From: Macrostomum lignano
Taxonomy: Eukaryota
Assembly: GCA_002269645.1 (NCBI GenBank)
Contig: NIVC01001220.1
Span: forward strand, 1 to 26,779
DNA length: 26,779 nt
Reading direction: 5' to 3'
Positions 11,531 to 20,700 of this stretch are shown one piece after another (the first letter of the stretch is position 1; the number at the start of each line of letters is the position of its first letter). The notes beneath the pieces are model-generated. The model searched no databases. It was not told the DNA's origin and saw only the letters and a program-made list of their open reading frames with translations. The translations under genes were made by a program, and so were the position numbers.

Positions 11531-12478
11531 GAGGCAGAGGCCATGAGTTTGCCTGACATTCTGTGCAGCACCCCAACCAACAATATTAATGTTTGCTTCA
11601 AATACTAATTGTACATGAATGTACTCTATTTTATGTTTAATTCTATCCTAAATTCCTAACTATTAAAATGTTTTTGTTTAAGTATGGGCTCAGATTTCAG
11701 AATACATGCAAAAATAGTTCCGGGGGTTGGAATTCCCCGGGTTCAAATTCCGCGGGTTTCAACAGCTTGTTTAATACTATAGACCACTTCATGGTCTATA
11801 TCATATATGTTGTTATTATTAATAATAATTAGTTATAAAATCAATTTAGTAGAAAATAATATAAAGGCTAAAGGAAACAAAAGTAGTTGGAAAAGATAGC
11901 AGTCAATAAAGGTTAGATTAAAAGTTAAAGAAGCAGTGGAAATGAGGAGATATGAGCCTCAAAGAATAAAGGAATCAGGTTGTTATTAAGCTTAGGCCCA
12001 GGGTAAAAAAGCTTCAGGGATAGAACAGTAGACCTTCAAGGAAGAAATATGAACTTTAAGAGTAGGTAGCTATGTTTTAGGAATTTTTATCTTTGGCATA
12101 GTGTGTACCTCATATATTTTAGCTAATAAATATCTGTATTTAATTTTGATTCTATAATTATGGCGAAAATTAATATGAATAGAGAGTTACATTTAGCATT
12201 GCCTAGATAGTTGTCATTTTCACATTGGCCAAAAAGAACATCTAATAAATGCAGGCTAGCTAGTACTTATTTGCTTTAAAGTGAAGTTATTTTAATTCAA
12301 GCTCTAGAATTCAACTCATTTGAAATGAACCAAAGATAAGTAATACTTCAATAAACTGAAAACTTTTCAAGAATAGAAGATTAGTTCTACCAACTAAACT
12401 CCAACTACAAATCCCATATACATGCATTCACTTGTGAGCATAGCCAATATCATACTATCAAAGTAATAAAATACTCAC

Positions 12479-12672
12479 AGAGGAGTTGGTCTGAACAGAT
12501 TGAAGAATGAACTGTACATCTGCCTCTAGCAGCTCGTTGCACTGTGTAAGATTGAGATTTGATGGATCTTTTAATTCCAGCACAAAATATCCGCAGCACT
12601 CGAAGTTTGACATCCAATGAAAATCACAAGCTAGTGCACTCCACAGAACAGGCCCTTTTTGATTCACCGAAT
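12479..12672 (-). CDS. Candidate internal exon of an unidentified host gene (xD-SVNQKGPVLWSALACDFHWMSNFECCGYFVLELKDPSNLNLTQCNELLEADVQFILQSVQTNSS)
   Basis: Polypyrimidine acceptor tcttgtctttttttatAG, consensus donor GTGAGT, 194-bp open frame, GC higher than the flanks. Confidence 0.5.
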
Positions 12673-13634
12673 CTATAAAAAAAGACAAGATGCTTTTAAC
12701 TCTAATTGATGCAGTACAATTTTTTAATCTGATGAAAATTTTATACTATTTTAACTCATTTGTGAGATCACAATTAAACTACAATTAGGACCAGGCTTCT
12801 TGGCTTTTATCTCCTTTAAGCTGTGATATATGCATTCAACCTTTTGACAGCTATACATACCAATTTTAATGAAAACTTTACACTTGAGATAAATTTAGAC
12901 TCAACTTGCCATTAAAATTTAGATTTGAGCAAGATGATTTTCAACAGTCATAGACAAAACAATGAAAAATGAGCTCTGACTATACCTATAAGAAAAATAC
13001 ACTAATTCAATAGGTGAGAATTAGGTTTTTAGCATTCTAAGCCAATTTTTTAAGTTACCATTAACAGAATTTAGCCACATGATCCCACTCAAATTTGCAA
13101 TTGAAAAAATCCAATTTGAATAAAAATATTTTGGATAGTTTAAAAGGGAAACTTACAGACAGACAAACAGACAAACTCAACTTTACTACTGTTTTTAATA
13201 TAATGGATAGATGGTTGCTTGGATGGATTGACTTCATCTTAGGCCTGGGAAGCCCCAAAGAAAGGGGTGTAGAATGCAAATGGTATATACTAATATATTT
13301 ATATATTACATATAGCATAGCCTAGCATAGCATAGCTACACAGTCATAGCATGCTTGTAGCCTTAAAGACAATAGTCTATATAAATTATAGTAATATTAT
13401 TATATATACAATTGTACTAAGTAATATCATTCAAATTGTTATGGTATAGAGTAAGTAATTTGAAATGCATGCATTGATTTATTGTTAAATACACTACAAC
13501 TACAAAAAAACAACATAAAGAAAGTTTTGTGCCAACAAATAGTGTCCAGCTTATTTAGATAAATAAAATTTATCTAATTTATCTATCTAGATAAATAAAA
13601 CAAAGAAATTTTGTTTCATATTATAGTAAATGCA

Positions 13635-13760
13635 TTTAAATGAGTAAAGCACAGAAAAACACTACTATATTGAGTTACAGCATGGCTGCATAGTGTGCCA
13701 TGCTGCAGTCTAGTTGCCCCATATTTACGTGCTATATTAGGGACAGATGATACTGTATAG
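13635..13760 (+). repeat. Short hairpin-containing repeat, copy 1 (diverged)
   Basis: Direct, visibly diverged copy of 14501-14625. Confidence 0.75.
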
Positions 13761-13764
13761 GGTG

Positions 13765-14343
13765 TGAGTGGACATTAAATAAGGACAATAAATAGACACT
13801 AGATCAGGAAGGCAAGCATTTTGTCTAAAAAAAAATATCAAGGACCCATTTCAAAGAAATTAAACTTGCAGAACAAGTTTTTTATTATGTCAGGAAAAAA
13901 GTAAAACCAACCATAGCTTTCTAGCTAGAACTGGAACAAAATTGATAAACTTAATAACTGTATTTGAGCACTGACTTTTTATTTACCATTAGCTTAAGTT
14001 ATATACCATACTCTGTAGCAATAAACTATAATCATATATACTATAGCTTTATTATAATCTTTATATACCACCAATGTCTTGTGCAGATCCAAGAATTTCT
14101 TGAGGGGGGCAAGCCAATGCTTGGTTATCTCAGAGGTGTCTCCTTGGGAGCCAAAATGGGTGTCTTAGAGGTATCTCCTTGGGAGCCAAGGTGGGTGTCT
14201 GAGTGCAAAAATGGGTGTCTAGGCACCAAAATAGGTGTCTAAGACTAAGTCTAACAGCCAAAATGGGTATTTAGGTTCCAAAGGGAAGATGGCCAAATAG
14301 TTAGTCAGGGGCAAAACAGTACAAGTTTTCTTGCTTCTGAGGG
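13765..14343 (-). repeat. Interspersed repeat copy B (uninterrupted, inverted relative to A; may extend further right)
   Basis: Matches 1-167 + 6220-6630 joined at a single CCCAAGG. Confidence 0.9.
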
Positions 14344-14500
14344 GGCCATGGCTCCCTTGGCAATATCTCCAAGAAAATAGTTTAGTCCTGTTTTCAATAT
14401 TTTCTATAGAGCTCTCTTTAGAATTACTAATTTAATACAATTTACGATAGGCATCCATGATACATTTCAGAAATATAGGCCTAGTTTCGTAGAAAGCGCG

Positions 14501-14625
14501 TTTAAATGAGCAAAGCACAGAAAAACACTACTAGACTGAGTTACGGCACGGCTGCATGGCGTGCCGTACTGCAGTCTAGTCGCCCGCATTTCTATGTGCC
14601 GTATTAAGGGCTAGACGGTTGCATA
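14501..14625 (+). repeat. Short hairpin-containing repeat, copy 2
   Basis: actagactgagttacggcacg...cgtgccgtactgcagtctagt inverted repeat at 14530-14580. Confidence 0.75.
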
Positions 14626-15239
14626 TCGGGTGATAATTGTCAGGAAATCACTACATAATTTTACATGTAATACTTACATCCTTCAAGTTATATTTATATT
14701 ATAATGTTTATCTCAGGATGCAAAAATCCTCTCAAAACTATTAAGTGCTAACTGCAAGACAAAAAATATTCACTTTTGCAAAGTGTAAATTCCAATCCCA
14801 TGTTTACTGGGATCCCAGACTATTAATGCTAGGATCTCGATCACTAACAAAAAGCTGGGATCTCAGAATTGGGACCCCTAACTGTATCACAGTATTGAAA
14901 ATGCAGTGTGGAAGCATAGTACAATTCTTGATTTATATTGTGTAACCACACTCACACTGCTAACTTTAATAGAAAATAGAAACTGGTACTAACTTGCCTA
15001 AGAAATTGATTATGTCATAACTCCTCTGTGACTTTTACTCAATTGACTTAGTGTTAGTATGGAATTATAAGTGCTACAAATTAATTTATAAATTTAATAA
15101 GAGCTAACCTAGATATAAACACGCTGGACTGCTAATGCAGTGACCTAGGTCAAATCTTAGTAGTGTAAAAAATAAAAATAGGCCCTAGCATAATTTTTTT
15201 ATTGAAAGATTTTATTAAAAGACTAATTAAGCAGACCTA

Positions 15240-15500
15240 GATTATGGCACTTGATACACCAAGGATTATTGCACTTGATAAGCCAAGGATTGTTGCACTA
15301 AATTAGAAAGGGCTTTTGCACTAGCTGAGACATTGATTTTTGGACTTGATTAGCAAAGGATTATTGTACTAAATGAGAAAATGATTATTTAACTAGCTGA
15401 GAAACTAATTATTGCACTGTCAAAAAGAGATTGTTGTGCTAGCTAAAACGTAGATTGTTACACAACCTGAGAAAGCAATTATCACATTAGTGGAGGTAAC
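15240..15500. repeat. Degenerate ~23-bp minisatellite (ggattattgcact...)
   Basis: Recurrent gattattgcact/gattgttgcact cores. Confidence 0.65.
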
Positions 15501-15524
15501 ATTTGCACTAGCTATTTGCTGTCT

Positions 15525-15845
15525 GGTGGATGCTTGCTTTCTGGGGGATGCTTGCTCTCAAGGGGGTACTTGCTATTTGAGAGATGGGGTACTTGCTATT
15601 TGAGAGAGGGGGTACTGGCTAACATGTATGGGATTCTTTCTATCTAAGGATGCTTGTTATTTAGGGATTCTTATTATCTACAGGATGCTTGCTACCTGGG
15701 TGGATGCTTCTATCTTGGGGATGCTTGCTATTTGCAGATGCTTGCTATCTGGGATGATGCTTGCTATCTGGATGGATGCTTGCTACAAGTATTAAGGGAT
15801 GCTTGCTATCTGCAATTGCTTACTTTTCATTGGGGGTGCTTGTTG
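15525..15845. repeat. Degenerate ~17-20-bp minisatellite (ggatgcttgctatct)
   Basis: More than a dozen gatgcttgctat-like cores. Confidence 0.85.
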
Positions 15846-16222
15846 TCTTAAAAATATTTTCTATTTGAGGGGAATATCTATTACTTCGCGTGTGTCATAA
15901 GTAATGTCACTGATGTGAAAGCAGACAAACTTGCAATCGCTAATGAAGAAAACTATACCACTCAACAACATAGAATCCCCCAATATCAATCACCCTTTGG
16001 CAGTGCTCATACAGTGTTACATCCAACTTCCGTTACCAACTCAAAGTCTAGGTGAATTATAGTTAGTAATCTCAAGCTTGGTAGCGGGCTCTTGCCATGC
16101 CGATGTTAACATTCATTTCCTTTATATTTGCTCTCCTTATATTAGCTTTAGAACGCAGGGTTAATAGAAGCAGTGTCTATGGCCAATGTGTGTGAAATGA
16201 AATATACTTTATATGCGCATAT

Positions 16223-17085
16223 TGATGTGTTCCTTATTACCCGACTTTCGATAATCAAGGAACAATCACTTCTAGCTCAACAGCTAGGCAACCCAGTAAG
16301 TCAAACGAAGGTATTCAATTACCTTTAATCCGGATTTGAATTTCTTGAGTAGTTCTCGCTAGGAACTTGTCAGTAGATCTCGTAGATCAGGCGCCTTGAT
16401 TCTTCAGTTGCTCTGGTCCTGGTTCCTCTTGTACTTCCGATAAGTTCTTCCGGCCGGTATCTTCCGTCAGGACCAATCAGAGGCCTCGTAGCAACAATGG
16501 GTACCCTGCGCCAAACTGCGGTCTAAATTAAGCCTCCTTCTTCTAGCAGTGCCTCTATGCACTCTAGGTATAGCTCCGGAAACCACTGATAGTCCTCTAA
16601 GATCTATCAGGGGCAGTCCTTCTGGAGACTGCAACCAATGGAGTCTAAACAGACTCAAGAGTCTCAACAGACTCAATTAGACTCAAGTCTCAATAGACTT
16701 GAGCGAGATGTCTCTAACACAACGGGCGCAAATAAGGAAGGCTTACCGCAACAACTCGACCGAGTCTCGATTGACTTGGTAGATCAGGAAGTCCTCCTAA
16801 GGCTTCCTCTTCGGAGCGCTCCTCTTCCGTGGGAGAATGGCTCCGGTACCGCTTCAGATCGCTTGTATTTATAGACAAGTTTTTGATCCAAAATAGTATC
16901 ATGACAATTCACGTGTTGCGCTAAAAGGGGAAAATGGCTCATGGCGTATTATTCTGGTAACATCTTTTTCTGGTAGCGTGATTCATTCAAAGCTTAGGCG
17001 CACATGCGTGTACTTACTTACTTATAGTAGTATTATACGATTATCTTCCTTTTTCCTCCTTTAACGGGAGGTAGAACACTCTACA
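16223..17085 (-). repeat. 3' LTR (863 bp, TG...CA)
   Basis: Matches 25958-26779 with 2 substitutions and 5 single-base indels counted by eye; minus strand starts TGTAG just after the PPT and ends ACATCA. Confidence 0.95.
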
Positions 17086-17088
17086 AAA

Positions 17089-17100
17089 TCTCCCTTTTTT
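17089..17100 (-). promoter_or_regulatory. Polypurine tract AAAAAAGGGAGA
   Basis: 3 nt upstream of the 3' LTR TG on the minus strand. Confidence 0.85.
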
Positions 17101-17265
17101 ACGAAAAAACTCGTCCCGAGTTTTAACAATAAAATTCTGTGGTGATCAGTTAATATAGGAAATAAACAATTGATTTTGTGCGCGTCTAGTGAAGCGAGGG
17201 TTTGGTCAAAACTCTAAAAACTTTTCAGTACATATTGCGGTCAAAACTCGAATATCGCGTAGACA

Positions 17266-17640
17266 TCAAGTGGCATCAGGTTTGATCCGACACCACTTTC
17301 GAAACGTGCAGTCTCGCGGCATACTATTACATAAGGGGCATCCTATAACGCCCCTACTAGCGGTTTGCTTCAAACAGTGCATGCAAATAAAATGTTGGTG
17401 GTTACAATATTGAAACGTGCGCCAAGAATAACAATAGGCACATTGTCGCAAACTATCTCTACAGAGGGGACAATTCTGCCATGGCTGAATATAATGTGAA
17501 TCGCTTAAACATTGTCCGCAAACTTTATGTTCGTTGATGCAAATAGTCGGTGGCTTGACAGCCAAGTCATCAGTTAAACATATCGGGCAGTCATATAGCT
17601 GCTGAGGCTGGGGCGCCTGTTTTGACAGTGCGTTGCCCAT
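17266..17640 (-). CDS. Accessory 124-aa tandem RING-finger protein with an N-myristoylation motif
   Basis: ATG in strong context (attATGG); MGNALSK; RING1 CPIC-x12-C-x3-H-x2-CGQC-x12-CPLC; RING2 CAYC-x8-C-x3-H-x2-CMHC-x11-CPLC. Confidence 0.85.
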   Translation of the reverse strand: MGNALSKQAPQPQQLYDCPICLTDDLAVKPPTICINEHKVCGQCLSDSHYIQPWQNCPLCRDSLRQCAYCYSWRTFQYCNHQHFICMHCLKQTASRGVIGCPLCNSMPRDCTFRKWCRIKPDAT

Positions 17641-17760
17641 AATTGTCGTCAATTTGTCGCTGTCTTTGTGTCGCTCGGATTAGTCGCCTTTTACGACAAG
17701 CTTGCGAAGCTGTAGTGCTATTCTTTATCCCGGTCACTACACGGGGTTGTTCTCTAAACT

Positions 17761-20700
17761 CTAGCGTGGTCGTAGGTTGTAGCCATGTGGCTGGCTCACA
17801 TCTGTCGTTTGAGTCTCCTCGTGCTTCGTCGCGATGTGGCGGTTCGTTGAACGCGTGCGATCAGCGTTGTCTAATGTCGGTAGAAACGTCGCTGTGTCAG
17901 TGTTGATCTTCTTTAGTCGATGAATGTGTACGTAGAACTGGTGCTGATGTGGATCTTGTACATTAGCCAGGCGTGCCGTTGTTGGTGACGTTAGTTGGAC
18001 CACTCGATAGGGTCCTTTGTACTTCTGTGCATGTTTATGCGTCTGCTGTGGCGGGTAGTGTAGGTAGACGATGTCGCCGGCCGTCAGGGTTGTCGATCTC
18101 GCGTCGTTGCCGGTGGTCAGAGCCACCTGGTTGTCAATGTTGTGCTTGGCGATCTTCCATGCGAGGTGTAGTTGCGTGACGAATTTCTGAATGGAAGTCG
18201 GTACTTCCACGTACTGCGATGGTAGCAATTGCTGTGCGAGCAGATTCGGCGGTTGGAAGTCTCGTCCAAACATTAGGAAGAATGGCGTATTGTCCGTTGA
18301 TCGATGAATAGCGCTGTTGTAGGCCATTGTTACAGATTGCAGGTAGATGATCCAGTCTTCCGGCTGTTGGTGCGCGAAATGTGTAATCATCTCGTGCAGG
18401 TTGCGGTGAAACCGTTCAACCATGTTTGCCTTCGGATTGTAGGTCGATGTGTAGATCTGCGTAATGTTGAGAATCCTTACGACTTGCTGAAACAGTTGCG
18501 ATGTAAACTGCGATCCGTTGTCCGATGTGAGGTTCTTCGGCGTGCCGTACTTGCAAATGATTTCGTTGAAGAAACTCATTGCCACTGTCTGAGCTGTGAT
18601 GTCCGGTATCGGTATGGCGATAGCAAACTTCGAGAAGATATCCAAGGCGGTTAGAATGTAGGTGTAGGCGATGCCCTGGAGACAGCTCGGTGGTAGCGGT
18701 CCGGTGATGTCGATGCTTAGACAGTCCATTGTAGTCGACTTCGGAATGGACTGTAGCTGCGGTTTCTGTCGTCGTCCTGTCTTTGATGCAGCACATGAAT
18801 GGCAGTTGTTGCAATACTGCTTGATGTCGCCGTACATAGTTGGCCAAAAGTAGTATTGTTCCACTCTCGCGATGGTCTTTGCTGCCGACAGGTGTCCAGC
18901 GAGTGGGTTGTCGTGTAGCTCGTTGAGAATTGCTTGCCGAAACGAATATGGTATGTAGATCTTGGGTTTATTGTCGCTCATCCAGTAGAGCCGTGACTTA
19001 TTGATTGTTAGGTGTTGTCGTTGCTTGCGTAGGAATTTTCGTTCCATGGGACTGAGTTTGATGTTCTTGTCGTCGTCTTTAACCGCTTGGTAGAAGTTGT
19101 CGCGCTCGGTTTCATCCACCAACTCCTTGATGTTAGGGATTGGATGAATGGCGTTGACTTCATAGGCTCTTGACAGGGCGTCCGCGGCTTTGTTGGTAAT
19201 TCCTGGTTTGTAGACGAGTTTGTAGTTGTAATCCTGGATCTTGAGTGTCATCCTGATGAGTCGGTTGTTGGTCTGTCCTTTTGTAGTTACGACGTAGGTC
19301 AATGGTGCATGATCCGTGCGTACTATCGTCTGTATTGGAGAACCATAGATGTAGTAATGAAACTGTCGCAGGGCGAACAAGACTCCTAGTAGCTCTCGTT
19401 CCGTAGCTGACCACTTTGTCTCATTTGGTTTGAGTGCTCGACTGACGTAAGCAATAGGTCGTTCCTTCTTGTCCTCGGTTTCCTGTAGTAGGACTGCTCC
19501 GAGTCCCGTTCCTGAGGCGTCTGTCTCGATGATGAAGGGCTTGTCGAAGTCCGGATGCTGTAGCAGTGCGTCTGATGTCAGCTGTCGTTTGATTTCGTCG
19601 AAACTTTCCTGTTGTCTCTGTGTCCAGTTGTCTTGCTTCCATTTGTCGAACTTGAGCAGGTCGTACAGTGGCTTTGCTGTCTTTGCGAAGTTAGGTAAGA
19701 ACTTCCTGAAGTATTGCGCAAGTCCAAGGAATGATTGGACCTTCGTTATACTGGTTGGCGTAGGAAACTTCTTCACCTTTTCCACGTTGTCTGGGTCCGG
19801 TGAGATTCCTTTGGCTGTCACCTGATGTCCCAGGTAACGCACGTTGTCTCGGAAGAATTTGCATTTAGTTGGTTGTAGCTTCAGACCTTGGCGTTGAATG
19901 AGCGCTAGGGCCTTCTCCGTAGCTTCGTAGAGTCGCTCGAAATCCTCTCCGTAGGCTAAAATGTCGTCGACATAGTGCAGCAGGTTCGTGCATCCTGCTA
20001 GCATGTATGCTGTTAGTCGACTCATCGTTGCTGGGCTGTTGCTAAGTCCCATCGGCGATCGATTGTACTCGTATACTTGTCCATTGTAGGTTTTGAAAGC
20101 CGTGTACTGTCGTGACTCTTTCTCGATTTCAATTTGCCAAAATCCATGACGTAGGTCGAACACCGTGAACAATTTTGCCGTGTTGAGCTTTGCTAGTAGT
20201 TCGGAGATCTTCGGTAGGCTTTGCTGATCCGTCGGTATGTACTTGTTCAACAGTCTGAAGTCGCATACGAGTCGTCTTTCGTTTGTCTCCTTCTTCTGTA
20301 CCAGTAGGCACGGTGAGGAGTAAGCCGAAATAGCTTTGCTGATGATGCCGTGCTTTAGCATTTTATCGATGATTTCGTCAAAGTGTTGTTGCAGATGCTT
20401 GGCGATCGGGTACGGCTTGCACTGAATTGGTTCCGTGTGCGGCAGAAGTTTGATTTCCTGTTTGATGTCCTTGGCTCGTCCGATGTCGTAATCATGATGG
20501 CAGAAGGCTTCGTTGTACTTCCACAACAGCTGTCGAACTTTCCTCTTTTGCTGTTCCGTAATCGGGCTGTCATCCAAATTGATCTTCTTTTGAAATTCTT
20601 CCTCTGTTAGTCGTGGAGTCGCTTGTTCAATCAGCATAACCGATGCTTGGGTGTTGAGATGACCGATGCACATTCCTTGTCGTAGATGAACCGTTTCTGT

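Noticed and set aside
14100-14290. ~20-bp spaced subrepeats resembling a CRISPR array
   Set aside because: Degenerate, with no unique spacers of constant length, no cas genes, and a eukaryotic context
15900-16055. Possible plus-strand exon (SNVTDVKADKLAIANEE...) ending tctag|gtgaat
   Set aside because: Weak acceptor, no recognisable protein, and opposite strand to the other candidate exon
16219-16222. ATAT as the LTR element's TSD
   Set aside because: The other flank is outside the window, so it cannot be verified
16638-16874. 78-aa plus-strand ORF inside the 3' LTR
   Set aside because: Broken by indels in the 5' LTR copy; its repetitive peptide simply reflects the hairpin array
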